From an uncultured virus (IMG/VR IMGVR_UViG_3300017772_000002) (lineage: Duplodnaviria > Heunggongvirae > Uroviricota > Caudoviricetes): a DNA stretch of 64,000 nt. The notes under the pieces are model-generated. The model worked only from the letters and a program-made list of their open reading frames with translations, had not been told where the DNA came from and searched no databases. The position numbers and the translations under genes are program-made. Below, one piece after another: positions 1-9,857 of the stretch; the first letter of the stretch is position 1; each line of letters starts with the position of its first letter. The stretch lies in IMG/VR virus record IMGVR_UViG_3300017772_000002; one strand, 5' to 3'.

Positions 1-390
1 CCTGTACCATCTTGAATCTCTGCCTTCTACAGCAGCCTCCTTCCAATCACCACATTGCAGCGCTGCGTTGTGCTTTCTAAATTTACTTAAGCGCGTAAGT
101 CCCATATTAAACATCATATTAGCAACAACTTGTCTTACTTCTTCAGGGTAATCATCCCATCCTTCATGTAGTTTTTTACAGTCAGAGAGGACAGATTGTA
201 CGTCTTTATCAAAGCATTCGATTGTACGTTCTTCTGATACTGGGGTTCCCACATCTTGGCCATACTCTGGATCTGATTCGAGGACCAAGTGGCCAATTCC
301 GAAAGTTGGGTAGCCCAAATGGTCTTTATAAATTTCATTTACTTTCCCCTCATCGATTGTTAGTTGTTCTCTTAATTGTTCAATATTCAT
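1..390 (-). CDS. T4-type lysozyme/endolysin (GH24), runs off the window start; missing from the ORF track
   Basis: Manual translation from ATG at 390: MNIEQLREQLTIDEGKVNEIYKDHLGYPTFGIGHL...NMMFNMGLTRLSKF...DSRWY. Catalytic E..D..T pattern of T4 lysozyme. Confidence 0.9.
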   Translation of the reverse strand, partial: MNIEQLREQLTIDEGKVNEIYKDHLGYPTFGIGHLVLESDPEYGQDVGTPVSEERTIECFDKDVQSVLSDCKKLHEGWDDYPEEVRQVVANMMFNMGLTRLSKFRKHNAALQCGDWKEAAVEGRDSRWYR

Positions 391-399
391 ATTCTTTCC

Positions 400-999
400 T
401 TATTTTTTTGTATATTTTACTTTTACTGGAGTAGGTAAACCCTTAGCCCACTCTGTTATTTCAGGTCCTAAGCCAAATGGAATAATATAAGGCTCTTCGC
501 ATATTTCAACGTCCATATATTCCTCAGCTCTATGTATTTGAGTTCTTGTTAGAGCCATAAGATCTGTGTTAGCACTTAAATGTATTTCAACGAAACCATT
601 TGCATTAATACTATCTAAAAAATTTAGTCTTTCTATACAATATTCGCTTCCCCAGTACCAAAGTTTATTACCATTTAAATTTCTGCCCATTGCATCTGTT
701 TGTCTTAAAATATCATCAGGTTGTCCATATTGTATTCCATTTTGCCAGATAGCTAATAAGATAAGAATACCAGAATCTCTTACTTCTAAAACAAAGTCGC
801 TTTCTAAATGATTACTTATAATATTATTATATGTTTCCATGTAATAAAGTCTTCTTTCATCATAACTCATTTCTCGACCAACCACTAGCTCTTCCTGAAA
901 AAACGGATCGCCATTTCTTAAGATTATATCGTAATTTTCTTCAAATAGCTCTGAAAATTCATTTTCATCAATATTTACTGCTTTAGTTACTGTAATCAT
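400..999 (-). CDS. hypothetical protein (199 aa)
   Basis: ORF with ATGA overlap to the upstream gene; no recognised motif. Confidence 0.7.
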   Translation of the reverse strand: MITVTKAVNIDENEFSELFEENYDIILRNGDPFFQEELVVGREMSYDERRLYYMETYNNIISNHLESDFVLEVRDSGILILLAIWQNGIQYGQPDDILRQTDAMGRNLNGNKLWYWGSEYCIERLNFLDSINANGFVEIHLSANTDLMALTRTQIHRAEEYMDVEICEEPYIIPFGLGPEITEWAKGLPTPVKVKYTKK

Positions 1000-2726
1000 G
1001 TTAACACCACTATTAATTTTTGGCTAGCACTATAAAATTGTGCCGGGTTAGTCTTAGTTCCACTCCAAGTTAAGCTAGTAGTATTAGAAATAATTCTAGA
1101 GTTATATTCCGGCGGGCCTGAAGATCCCGCGGGAAATACGTATCCTAAGGTCGCATCACTAGACGCAACTAAAATATTTGCAGTTGGATCAATTATGCTA
1201 ACTCTATTAAATTGTTTGCCACGTATCATTTTATTAGCAATATCAATCCTAATAGGGCTATTGGCGACGTTATTGAATAAGACAGATTTTATTTCTAAAT
1301 CCAATTCCCCTTGCGAATGATCATCTTCTGGAGGATCAAGAAAATGTGGTGTAATATCGGTTATAGAGCCAGCATCAGGCCAATATCCATAATAATAAGT
1401 CGTAGAGCAGTTGTTTTTAAAGCAGCTGGTTATCGCTTTCTGACCAAGAGTTATCTCTGCAGCCCATAATGGTTTGTGAGTGCCTTTAAAATCACTAAAT
1501 CTGATTTCTCCAGAAGATGGAACGCCACTCCATTCAGATAATAAATACATATGATAAAAAGCAGTGCCGGATAACTCAGCTTGCCTGACTGAAGTTGCAT
1601 AGTCATCATCAATTAAAGTTTGCTCATCAGGATCAGTTCTTCTATAGAAATCTGACATTTTAACTTGATTATAGCCACCTGCTATTTTGCCATAGTGATG
1701 ACCTATAGATTTATCTACTACTCGAGTTTCAACAGGGTTACTATTATTTTTCTTAAAGAACTCTATTTTATATCCAGCTGCGCCAGATGGCGCGCTATTG
1801 AGCAGGTTGAAATCAGAGTTATTAATTGTCCACATCAATGCAGCCCGAGGGTCGTTGTGAAGCTGTAGAGTTTGTGGCTCTGCGGAGTGCTTATCTGCTG
1901 CTTCTACCTCAAAAGTTATTTTATCATTAACGACAACATAATCAAAATCGCTAAGAACTCCAGTCGCTTGGTTATTTTTAATTATCCCTAGGCAAAAACC
2001 TCCATAATAACCATCAAGGCGATAGCCGGACGTATTACTCAGAGTATCTTTAAACCAAAAGCATTGTTCAATTTGTATATCATCAATCTCACCATCAGAA
2101 CCAGAAGCCCAAGAACCAAAGGCCGTATCGCCATTTCCAAAGTTTATTCCTGTTGAAAAATTCTGCCCTCCGAAATATATGTTCCCAGGTGCAGATATGG
2201 ACTGCATATGAGTATACGCACCTGGAATAGTCGCGTGCTCGTACATTAATGAATCGGTCACTTCGTTAAACCAAGGCAAACCAAAACCTGCTGTATATGC
2301 TAGGGATGAATCCCCAGAATAATTACTCCCAGTGGCATTGCTAGCGCTAGGATTAGTATCTCTAAAATAAAAATTCTTTTTAACTGTTGCAGCGTTATAA
2401 TCCGGATTACTGTTAAGCGTCATAGTAGACGCTCTGTTTGAAGATACGCCGTAAACAGCATTACTATAGACCAACTGCTGGGGATAGTATGAACTAGTAT
2501 TGCCATTTGATATATTAATAAATCTATATGCTGATTTAAATTCTATAGAGGTTTGAGGCGATGATGAGTTAAAATATTGAGCGCTTCCTAAACTTACTTC
2601 ATTTCCTGTAATAGTTGCAGTCGTATCTAAGCTTCCAGTTGGCGAAGTGGCTAAGCGTAATTCACCATCGTCGTCACGAATTTTTCGGTTTAAGCGATTG
2701 ATGGCCGCAGCGGTTGGTATACCCAT
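996..2726 (-). CDS. putative virion fibre/adhesin-like protein
   Basis: 576 aa, S/T/N/G-rich; KMSDFY and GEIRFSDFKG motifs resembling 45759..46505; downstream of a late promoter at 3009. Confidence 0.5.
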   Translation of the reverse strand: MGIPTAAAINRLNRKIRDDDGELRLATSPTGSLDTTATITGNEVSLGSAQYFNSSSPQTSIEFKSAYRFINISNGNTSSYYPQQLVYSNAVYGVSSNRASTMTLNSNPDYNAATVKKNFYFRDTNPSASNATGSNYSGDSSLAYTAGFGLPWFNEVTDSLMYEHATIPGAYTHMQSISAPGNIYFGGQNFSTGINFGNGDTAFGSWASGSDGEIDDIQIEQCFWFKDTLSNTSGYRLDGYYGGFCLGIIKNNQATGVLSDFDYVVVNDKITFEVEAADKHSAEPQTLQLHNDPRAALMWTINNSDFNLLNSAPSGAAGYKIEFFKKNNSNPVETRVVDKSIGHHYGKIAGGYNQVKMSDFYRRTDPDEQTLIDDDYATSVRQAELSGTAFYHMYLLSEWSGVPSSGEIRFSDFKGTHKPLWAAEITLGQKAITSCFKNNCSTTYYYGYWPDAGSITDITPHFLDPPEDDHSQGELDLEIKSVLFNNVANSPIRIDIANKMIRGKQFNRVSIIDPTANILVASSDATLGYVFPAGSSGPPEYNSRIISNTTSLTWSGTKTNPAQFYSASQKLIVVLT

Positions 2727-2989
2727 TACTTGATAATCTCCGTAATTAAATCTTCGAATTGTTCTATTTTTTCGACTCTATTTGGCCAAAGAATATATTC
2801 TTTCTCTGGATTTTTCTTTAAATTTGTTAGCAAAGGAAGTATAGAGTTGTATAACTTATTAAGTTTATCTTCCAACTCTTGTGCTGTAGCAGAAGCTGAT
2901 GTAGCTTCAGACTTGACAGATTGTACAGCTTCTAGCTCATTTTCATCGACAGCTGTAAAGCCAAAATCAAAATCTAATAAATCACTCAT
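2726..2989 (-). CDS. conserved T4-like hypothetical protein
   Basis: DFDFGFTAVDE...LKKNPEKEYILWPNR; GGAG SD; late promoter upstream. Confidence 0.7.
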   Translation of the reverse strand: MSDLLDFDFGFTAVDENELEAVQSVKSEATSASATAQELEDKLNKLYNSILPLLTNLKKNPEKEYILWPNRVEKIEQFEDLITEIIK

Positions 2990-3008
2990 ATATTATCTCC
3001 TTTACTGT

Positions 3009-3016
3009 TATTTATA
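3009..3016 (-). promoter_or_regulatory. T4-type late promoter TATAAATA
   Basis: Exact match, intergenic. Confidence 0.7.
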
Positions 3017-3037
3017 CAAGTTAAAAGGTTAAAGTGA

Positions 3038-3154
3038 TTAATTATCTTCTACTTTTTGATCTTTAATCTGTTTAATAATTTCTATTAATTCTTCAATTGT
3101 TGAAACATCTGTTTGATTTTCTGTATCTATTTCAACATTTATAGTTACTTTCAT
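3038..3154 (-). CDS. small hypothetical protein (38 aa, MKVTINVEIDTEN...)
   Basis: Manual translation; overlaps the stop of the upstream ORF. Confidence 0.5.
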   Translation of the reverse strand: MKVTINVEIDTENQTDVSTIEELIEIIKQIKDQKVEDN

Positions 3155-3330
3155 AATCCAATTAATGCCCAGCCATGATTAGCTATAGCATTTAAAATAA
3201 TAAACCAACAAGTGGCCATGTGAGTTAACCACCATACTGTTCGTATAGCAGCAATCGTATTTGCTTGTTTATCGGTCTCACCGACTTTTTCACCTAAGCT
3301 TTTAGCCCAGATTCTCCACCACTTATGCAT
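3151..3330 (-). CDS. small membrane protein (start re-assigned to MHKWWRIW)
   Basis: Hydrophobic C-terminus; translational coupling to 3323..3493. Confidence 0.6.
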   Translation of the reverse strand: MHKWWRIWAKSLGEKVGETDKQANTIAAIRTVWWLTHMATCWFIILNAIANHGWALIGL

Positions 3331-3493
3331 GTCCACGCTTTTTAAGTTCTTTAAGAATCTTTTGCTTTTTCTTAGGAGGGGTATTGTTACTCTCATATGC
3401 ATCTTTAAGCTCCTGCAAAGGAGTAGATCTCATATAGTAGTTTTGTACAGTACCGTCTCTATTTTTTACTGTTTCTTTAAATTTTACAGGCAT
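3323..3493 (-). CDS. small basic hypothetical protein (56 aa, MPVKFKETVKNRDG...)
   Basis: Manual translation; TAATG overlap with the HAD gene. Confidence 0.55.
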   Translation of the reverse strand: MPVKFKETVKNRDGTVQNYYMRSTPLQELKDAYESNNTPPKKKQKILKELKKRGHA

Positions 3494-4077
3494 TAAATTT
3501 CTCCAGTGATATGCTTATATATATCCTTCCATTTCCAATATCTTGGGATATCGCCATCATAATAAGCATTGTGATCATGGGCAACTAATATAGATTGCAA
3601 TCCATAAGAAGCACCAAGTTCAGCATTTTTAGGTTTATCTTCAATCCACCAACAATCTGAATTAGCATAAGGTAATAATGCATCATCTTTGTCAGCACCA
3701 CAATCTAGAATAATATATTCATCAAATAACTCTTTACCAAACAACAATTCTAGATTTTGTATTCTTAATTTTTGAGCATATCTGTTTTTACTTAAAGACG
3801 TAATACAATGGAACTTATATCCATGTAACATATTTAATCTTTTCATGTAATAAACAGAATCTCTTAATGGTGGTAAAAACGCAATTGCTGCTGAGTCGTT
3901 AAACTCTAAAACTAATTTTTTACCTTCAGCTCTTGTAAGACCAAATCTTTTACCAACGTTATATTGAGATCTTTCTTTAGTTGGATAACCTTTGTGGTTC
4001 ATCCATTGCGTAAAAGAATATTCCCAATCACACAATACACCATCACAATCTACTAAAATAATATTATCTTTCATCAA
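3493..4077 (-). CDS. HAD-family 5'(3')-deoxyribonucleotidase-like phosphatase
   Basis: DCDGVL motif I, ITS motif II, WIEDK motif IV. Confidence 0.75.
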   Translation of the reverse strand: MMKDNIILVDCDGVLCDWEYSFTQWMNHKGYPTKERSQYNVGKRFGLTRAEGKKLVLEFNDSAAIAFLPPLRDSVYYMKRLNMLHGYKFHCITSLSKNRYAQKLRIQNLELLFGKELFDEYIILDCGADKDDALLPYANSDCWWIEDKPKNAELGASYGLQSILVAHDHNAYYDGDIPRYWKWKDIYKHITGEI

Positions 4078-4304
4078 TGGAACACTCTTTCCTTCCCATC
4101 TATTACTAGATGAGTTACGTGTAAATTACCTATAGGATTCATAAATCCAAAATTGGGTAAAGAGTTACACATTTTATCCCAATCATCGCCATCATTAGAT
4201 AAAGCCAGTTTAACTAACTCGCTAGGTACTGGCAATTCGCAATTAATATCAAATCTGACAGCACCGTCTATAATTGGATTTCCTTTTATTATCACTTCAT
4301 TCAT
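4074..4304 (-). CDS. hypothetical protein
   Basis: ORF with AGGAG SD directly after a promoter. Confidence 0.65.
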   Translation of the reverse strand: MNEVIIKGNPIIDGAVRFDINCELPVPSELVKLALSNDGDDWDKMCNSLPNFGFMNPIGNLHVTHLVIDGKERVFH

Positions 4305-4329
4305 AAATACTCCTTATCAATATATGTAT

Positions 4330-4359
4330 ATTATAACACATATTTAGATAAAAGTAAAC
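4330..4359 (-). promoter_or_regulatory. sigma70-type early promoter
   Basis: GTTTACT-N17-TATAAT. Confidence 0.75.
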
Positions 4360-4372
4360 TGTTTTTTTAAAA

Positions 4373-4582
4373 TTATTTAAAATATTTTTCTAACATTTCA
4401 AATTTTTCTACATAATCAGCCATTAGACCAAGCTCTTTTTCAAGAGTCTCCATTTGATCTGAATGTTCACCAACTGATACATGATTACTTAAAATAATTT
4501 CTGCATTCATTTGATGCTTTGCTGCTTGTGCTTGCATATAGTCCATAGATGTCTTTACCATCTGATCTCTAAAGTTTTTCAT
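4373..4582 (-). CDS. conserved hypothetical protein
   Basis: VSVGEHSDQMET motif; start at MKNFRD with GGAG SD. Confidence 0.65.
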   Translation of the reverse strand: MKNFRDQMVKTSMDYMQAQAAKHQMNAEIILSNHVSVGEHSDQMETLEKELGLMADYVEKFEMLEKYFK

Positions 4583-4583
4583 A

Positions 4584-5282
4584 TTATCTCCCAAATAATT
4601 TTCTACGTTTATATTCAGCAATAGTTTCTAATAACTTTTTGCTCCAATTATCGCGATGCTCAATAAAAACTTGAGCACCTTCGTCACCAGCAATCACTGT
4701 AACTAATTGAGTAATTGGCATACCAGTTCTTTCTTCCCACATAATTGCATAAGCAGTTTCTTGTACAAAGTAACCTTCACACCATTCTTTCTTTTTAGTT
4801 TTAGCTGCTGTTTTATAATCAATGATAGAATTTTTACCATCAAAGACACCAACACAATCCACTCTTCCAGCAACGCCAAGATGTTCTGAATAAAGAGCAG
4901 CTTCTTGCGCATATACTTTGGTCAACCTTTTGTCAAGTATATTCTTTACTTCCATAAAGTTAGATTTTACAACTAAGTTAGCGTCTTTAAAATAATCTTC
5001 TTCATTGTCAACATATCTTTCCAAAACAGCATGAACTGCTGTTCCACGAGTTGAAGCTCTTTTTGAAATACGATTTGCTTCTTCCTCTCCAACTCTGGCG
5101 CGCCATTCTCTTATATGGTCTTCACTTAGAATGGAAAGTACTGTAGTAATAGAAGGATACTTAATCCCATTAGGAGCAGCGTACTTTCTCCCAGCTGAAG
5201 TAGTTTTTGACTCCAAATCTGAGTAGCCAAGATTAATTGGTTCATGCGTAAAATTTCCTGTATTCATGTTTGTTTTCGCCAA
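4584..5282 (-). CDS. PD-(D/E)XK exonuclease (Cas4/RecB-like)
   Basis: YPSITTVL, RGTAVH, AGRVDC...IIDYKT, Q..AY motifs. Confidence 0.85.
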   Translation of the reverse strand: MAKTNMNTGNFTHEPINLGYSDLESKTTSAGRKYAAPNGIKYPSITTVLSILSEDHIREWRARVGEEEANRISKRASTRGTAVHAVLERYVDNEEDYFKDANLVVKSNFMEVKNILDKRLTKVYAQEAALYSEHLGVAGRVDCVGVFDGKNSIIDYKTAAKTKKKEWCEGYFVQETAYAIMWEERTGMPITQLVTVIAGDEGAQVFIEHRDNWSKKLLETIAEYKRRKLFGR

Positions 5283-5569
5283 GGCTTTTTAGACCCATCT
5301 TGTGGTCTTCCATTTTGTGCCATTTCAGACCTATAACCATTAAGTATAAAATTTAATTTGTAGGTATCTATATTTTTAGTGGCTTCAATAGCTTTTTTAA
5401 CAGCCATAAGCTCTTTCAACCTTTCAGGAGAACAATGCTTCTTCTTTTCCTTATTAATAATTCTATACATTTCATAACGTTGATTCATTGATAATCCATT
5501 TATAAGTTCCCTTGCTTCTTGATCATAGTTACGATTATCGTCCTTCTCTTCATATCGCCATTTACTCAT
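5264..5569 (-). CDS. hypothetical protein
   Basis: ORF track. Confidence 0.6.
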   Translation of the reverse strand: MSKWRYEEKDDNRNYDQEARELINGLSMNQRYEMYRIINKEKKKHCSPERLKELMAVKKAIEATKNIDTYKLNFILNGYRSEMAQNGRPQDGSKKPWRKQT

Positions 5570-5629
5570 TTTATAACTCGCTTTATTAATTTATATGGCC
5601 ATTATACCATGCTTTTGTCCGGATGTACA

Positions 5630-6313
5630 CTATAATTGGCCATTTTCATATAGTTCCTTAGTCATTATAAAGTCTCTTACAAATCCACTTCTTACAATGT
5701 CTTCCCATTTAAATTCAATGTGTTCAAATTGATTCATATGTTTAATAACATTGATAAAGTCTTTAATACCATCTTGATCGCTCTTTCGAGTAAAATCAGA
5801 TTGATAATAATCACCGGCCATGATGAATCTACAATCTTCATCAAGCCTAGTAATTACTGAACATAATTCATGGTAATTACAATTTTGCGATTCATCGACA
5901 ATAACAACTGCGTTTTTGATAGTTAAGCCTCTTATAAAAGATGTTGTTAAAAATTCAATCTTCTTGTTGAGCTTTGTAAGCTTATCCCAAGCTTCACCGT
6001 CATCGAAAAGATCTGTAACAATAGCTTTATAAGGCTGCGTATATGCGTCTTCCTTTTCTTCTTGAGTTCCAGGAAGAAATCCCATATCCCTTGTTGGTAC
6101 AGCAGATCTTACTATAACAACCTTATCATATTCTTTTTTTAATACCGCTTCAAGAGCTAGATATAAAGATATGAATGTTTTACCTGTACCAGCTGAACCA
6201 TCAAGACACATGTGACTACCTGATTCAAAAGAATCAAACGCTAATTTTTGATTATGCGTTAATGGTTCTAATTTTACTAAATGTTCTAGCTTTAATACAT
6301 TTGGTTTTTTCAT
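5630..6313 (-). CDS. phoH: PhoH-like ATPase
   Basis: GSAGTGKT, MGFLPG, RGLT, DESQN, GDYYQSD, DIVRS. Confidence 0.95.
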   Translation of the reverse strand: MKKPNVLKLEHLVKLEPLTHNQKLAFDSFESGSHMCLDGSAGTGKTFISLYLALEAVLKKEYDKVVIVRSAVPTRDMGFLPGTQEEKEDAYTQPYKAIVTDLFDDGEAWDKLTKLNKKIEFLTTSFIRGLTIKNAVVIVDESQNCNYHELCSVITRLDEDCRFIMAGDYYQSDFTRKSDQDGIKDFINVIKHMNQFEHIEFKWEDIVRSGFVRDFIMTKELYENGQL

Positions 6314-6552
6314 TTCGTCTTAATCTTATCCCGGTCTTGTGGTGGCATACCACTTTGAATTCTTTGTTGAACTTCTTTCCACCCATCACCAGCTTGCTTT
6401 AATACTGATCCAGAAGTTTCTCCCATAATTTTTGGTGCGCTAATAACTTTTTGAATATTAGGATTTTTTACATATTCTTCCATATCAGCGATAGACATCA
6501 TTTTTGTCTCTATCTCACCAGTTTTTAAATTTTTAAAATCATACAACGGCAT
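6310..6552 (-). CDS. FmdB-like small protein (lacks the Zn-ribbon cysteines)
   Basis: MPLYDF N-terminus; typical position next to phoH. Confidence 0.6.
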   Translation of the reverse strand: MPLYDFKNLKTGEIETKMMSIADMEEYVKNPNIQKVISAPKIMGETSGSVLKQAGDGWKEVQQRIQSGMPPQDRDKIKTK

Positions 6553-7096
6553 TAAACCACTCCGGTTGTTTACGTTTAGTCCAAATCATTTTAAATCTTT
6601 CCTGTTTAGTTTGATAAAAAGCACGATAAGATTTCACAGCATCTTCAAACATGCATTCGGGATTAGAACCCATTGCCAATTTGAATGGTGTCTTACCAAT
6701 AGAATGCTCTATATTTTTTGGTTGTTCTCTTAGAACTGTTTCCAATTTTGTTTGAGACATATGTACTTTACCGTACCTATATGTATATTCATGACAAAGC
6801 GCTATAAAATGTTTGTAGTGCCATTCATAATTACTGGCGTTCTCACGAGTCCAAACAGTACATGGATGATTCATATGTACAGCTTTGTATAAAATATTTT
6901 CTTTGTAATTATCCAGCTTCCAATATTTTACAATACGTTTGCCAGATTTTGAGGGTCTCATTTCGATAGTCCCATCGAGCATACGATGGACTGTTGATAG
7001 CATTTGCGCTGATTCTACAACCATTTTTGGAATATGCTTATCGCATTGTAGTTGCGCTGCTTTTACAGGATTATTGTCTAAAATAAATATATTCAT
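6539..7096 (-). CDS. pyrimidine-dimer DNA glycosylase (DenV-like)
   Basis: MNIFILD, DKHIPKMVVESAQMLST, NHPCTVW, EYTYRYGKVH. Confidence 0.8.
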   Translation of the reverse strand: MNIFILDNNPVKAAQLQCDKHIPKMVVESAQMLSTVHRMLDGTIEMRPSKSGKRIVKYWKLDNYKENILYKAVHMNHPCTVWTRENASNYEWHYKHFIALCHEYTYRYGKVHMSQTKLETVLREQPKNIEHSIGKTPFKLAMGSNPECMFEDAVKSYRAFYQTKQERFKMIWTKRKQPEWFNAVV

Positions 7097-7103
7097 AATG
7101 TAT

Positions 7104-7133
7104 ATTATAACATAGTTTCAATCAAATGTAAAC
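7104..7133 (-). promoter_or_regulatory. early promoter
   Basis: GTTTACA-N17-TATAAT. Confidence 0.75.
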
Positions 7134-7165
7134 CCCTCAGTGAAATTATTTTCCACTGAGGGGGA
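7133..7165 (-). terminator. GC-rich hairpin, probable terminator abutting the next promoter
   Basis: cccctcagtg...cactgagggg inverted repeat. Confidence 0.55.
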
Positions 7166-7169
7166 TTTG

Positions 7170-7340
7170 TTATTGAGCTTTGCTTATTGCCTCCATATCA
7201 TCTAGGTAATGATTTAAATGCGCAATCTTTTTTTCCATTTTATATGCTAGCACATCTTTACCTTTTTTAATTAATTTTTTTTGATAGTATAATGCCTCGT
7301 TTCTGTCTTTCTTTAGGCGTTCAATTTGAATATAACTCAT
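7170..7340 (-). CDS. hypothetical protein (start MSYIQIE)
   Basis: GGAG SD upstream of the second Met. Confidence 0.6.
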   Translation of the reverse strand: MSYIQIERLKKDRNEALYYQKKLIKKGKDVLAYKMEKKIAHLNHYLDDMEAISKAQ

Positions 7341-7406
7341 AAACAATCTCCAGGTTAAAGTTAATTGAAAAACTATCATGATATAGAATTTTTAGTAATG
7401 GTTCTC

Positions 7407-7829
7407 CTATTTTTTTATTAAATTTGGAAACGCTGTTTTTACCATAGCCTTTGTAACATATTTGAATTTTATATTTTTATCTTTGGCTGATAGGAATAAC
7501 TGTGCGTCATCCGGATGAATAGATTCAAGTAAATCAATAAAGATTGTTTCTCTTTTAAATTGATTTAAGTTTGGTGATACGGCTTTTACAAAGTTAGCAA
7601 ACTTAGGATATTCAAACCTAAGCTCTTTAGCTTTTTGTTTTTCAGGATTAAGCTTTTTAAAGGGTGGCTCTCCTGGCGGTAATGATAATTCGATAGTATC
7701 GTCAAAGTTGATACGTAATATATCCCTAAGAGCTGTACAGTCTTGCTCTTGCAGATATTTGACTCGGTCGTCTTTAGTTTTTAATTTATTAGCCGTAACT
7801 AATACCTCTGAAATTAATGGTTTAGCCAT
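7407..7829 (-). CDS. conserved T4-like hypothetical protein
   Basis: LPPGEPPF, KRETIFIDLLESIHP motifs; adjacent to rnh. Confidence 0.7.
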   Translation of the reverse strand: MAKPLISEVLVTANKLKTKDDRVKYLQEQDCTALRDILRINFDDTIELSLPPGEPPFKKLNPEKQKAKELRFEYPKFANFVKAVSPNLNQFKRETIFIDLLESIHPDDAQLFLSAKDKNIKFKYVTKAMVKTAFPNLIKK

Positions 7830-8676
7830 TGTAAAATTCCTCCACACATTCAATCAATAGATTGCATCTTTTTTTAATTAAGTAATTCAAAACTTTCATC
7901 TTCATTGGAAGCTTCTGTTCGTTAAAAGTATTTATAATATTATTCTGATGAGATTCTGGTATCTCTGATAAATCAATTAAAGTTTTATTTCTTTGATAGT
8001 TTCTATACTCCTCTTGAGTCATAACTTCTTTTAGGTTATCTATATTATCAGCCCAATGTTCGATCTTCTTTTTAGTCATTGGTGTTTGACGTATGCCTTC
8101 CATAATAGCATTATCAGGAGATAGAATATTAGGAATACCATCACCCTTGTCGCCTCTACAAATATGATCAAAACAATAAGATCTTGGATTCTTATCTACT
8201 ACCATTTTCTTTTGTATAGGTGAATATTGCTTGATGTTGTTATATTTGTGAAGTTGAATAAAATCTTTATCAGAAGAAATAATCATCACTGGTTCATGTT
8301 GACCAAACTCTTGAGTCTCCATAGCGAGTGTGCCAATAATATCATCAGCTTCGCACCCTTCTAAATGAAGAACTTTGTAAGGTAAATTTTCTCTTATTTC
8401 TTCTCTTACCAAATTTAAAATCCTAAATATTTCTGTCCAATCTTGATCAGATTCTTTCCTATTCTTTTTACGCATTCCTTTGTATTGTGGAAAGTAATCC
8501 CTACGCCATGTATTGGCTCCATCGGCACATATAACCATTTGGCCATACTCGTGTCGATATTTTTTGTTGTACATACGAATACTGTTTAGTATCATATGTC
8601 TTATCATATCTTCATCATTTAGTTTTTGTACAATAATATTAGATAGCGCTATTTGGCTATAATCAAGTAAAATCAT
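7822..8676 (-). CDS. rnh: T4 RNase H-like 5'-3' exonuclease
   Basis: EADDIIG, SSDKDF, GDKGDGIPN. Confidence 0.92.
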   Translation of the reverse strand: MILLDYSQIALSNIIVQKLNDEDMIRHMILNSIRMYNKKYRHEYGQMVICADGANTWRRDYFPQYKGMRKKNRKESDQDWTEIFRILNLVREEIRENLPYKVLHLEGCEADDIIGTLAMETQEFGQHEPVMIISSDKDFIQLHKYNNIKQYSPIQKKMVVDKNPRSYCFDHICRGDKGDGIPNILSPDNAIMEGIRQTPMTKKKIEHWADNIDNLKEVMTQEEYRNYQRNKTLIDLSEIPESHQNNIINTFNEQKLPMKMKVLNYLIKKRCNLLIECVEEFYNG

Positions 8677-9014
8677 TCATCAGGTCCTATAGTTTTCATT
8701 AAGTCGTTATATATATTATCAAAGTGATCATGTAAAAAATGATGAACTCCACCATATTTCATTAGCATTGATGAAATCATATTGACTATAACAAACATAT
8801 CTCTCGACTCTGGTAAGTTACTATCTCTAAAATCTATCTCATCAAATGAACTACATTCATTCAATAACAATTCCTCAATCATAAGAAGTATAATTTGTGA
8901 TGTTTCTCTACATTCATCTGTAAATTCTTCAAATTCCACTCTTAGCTCATCGTGTTCTCTTGCAATTGCAGCTTTACGAGCTTCAGTTGGAAATTGTATC
9001 ACATTATCTTTCAA
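8673..9014 (-). CDS. hypothetical protein
   Basis: NVIQFP N-terminal motif. Confidence 0.65.
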   Translation of the reverse strand: MKDNVIQFPTEARKAAIAREHDELRVEFEEFTDECRETSQIILLMIEELLLNECSSFDEIDFRDSNLPESRDMFVIVNMISSMLMKYGGVHHFLHDHFDNIYNDLMKTIGPDE

Positions 9015-9039
9015 TATTATATCCCTTATTAATTTATAT

Positions 9040-9069
9040 ATTATAACATACTTTTAAGCAAATGTAAAC
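9040..9069 (-). promoter_or_regulatory. early promoter
   Basis: GTTTACA-N17-TATAAT. Confidence 0.75.
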
Positions 9070-9071
9070 GT

Positions 9072-9497
9072 TTATTTTGAAAAATTTTTCACTGAATTAC
9101 CACCAATTCGGCAATTAATTATACCATTATAATAGTCATCAGTAAATAAAACCTCTCTATCAAACTGTTCCTTTGTTTCCATGTATGCGCATTCTGATTT
9201 AGTCTTACATATATGAAGTATTTCTCTATAAAAAAGTTCTTCACCTTGTTTTGTAACGTCTTCTTGAAGATGCTTATTTGATCCCCAATAGTTCATCCAA
9301 TCAGATTCAACTAATAATTTCTTTCTTCGCTTGCGAGTCTTGGTTATTGGTAGCGTCTTCTGACTCCAGAAAAACTTCTTCCCTACGTACTTCTTGCCTG
9401 TAGCTCTGTTCGTTATCATGTATACAAAACCGTACACGTCTTTGTGACTGAGCTCTTCTGGCAGTTGCCATTCTTTGCCTTGATAATGCCATGTCAT
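9072..9497 (-). CDS. GIY-YIG-like endonuclease domain protein
   Basis: GFVY-x9-KYVGK, YWGS, helix Glu, YYN. Confidence 0.75.
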   Translation of the reverse strand: MTWHYQGKEWQLPEELSHKDVYGFVYMITNRATGKKYVGKKFFWSQKTLPITKTRKRRKKLLVESDWMNYWGSNKHLQEDVTKQGEELFYREILHICKTKSECAYMETKEQFDREVLFTDDYYNGIINCRIGGNSVKNFSK

Positions 9498-9498
9498 A

Positions 9499-9639
9499 TT
9501 ACTCTTCGAAATCTAGTTCTTCTAGTTCGTCCTTTATTTCTTCTCCACAACAAGGACAAAATAAAATTATTTCATCTTCGCTGTGTCCAATTACTGTTCT
9601 GTTATAACAATATTCGCAATCTATGACAGAACGCTTCAT
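9499..9639 (-). CDS. small Zn-ribbon protein (46 aa)
   Basis: Manual translation MKRSVIDCEYC...FCPCCGEE; acidic tail. Confidence 0.65.
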   Translation of the reverse strand: MKRSVIDCEYCYNRTVIGHSEDEIILFCPCCGEEIKDELEELDFEE

Positions 9640-9857
9640 TAAACAACCGCCTTGAAAGCGTCCCAGCCTCCTATAACCTTTCCATCTATTTTAATTTGAG
9701 GGAATGTTCTTGCAGTAGGAAATTGCTCAAATAACTCTTCTCTACTAAAATCTTTTCCTAATTTTAAAACAATATAAGAAGCTTTCATTTTAGACGCTTT
9801 ACTAATTGCCATGTCGCATTGAGAGCAATTATCCTTACTATAAATTTCTATATTCAT
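9639..9857 (-). CDS. nrdC: glutaredoxin
   Basis: CSQC, RTFPQI, IGG; follows nrdB. Confidence 0.9.
   Translation of the reverse strand: MNIEIYSKDNCSQCDMAISKASKMKASYIVLKLGKDFSREELFEQFPTARTFPQIKIDGKVIGGWDAFKAVV

Noticed and set aside
135..338. ORF-track 67-aa minus-strand ORF
   Set aside because: It is the wrong frame of the lysozyme gene (390 to <1).
4584..5282. CRISPR-Cas (Cas4-like gene)
   Set aside because: No array or other cas genes were seen; it is a stand-alone phage exonuclease.
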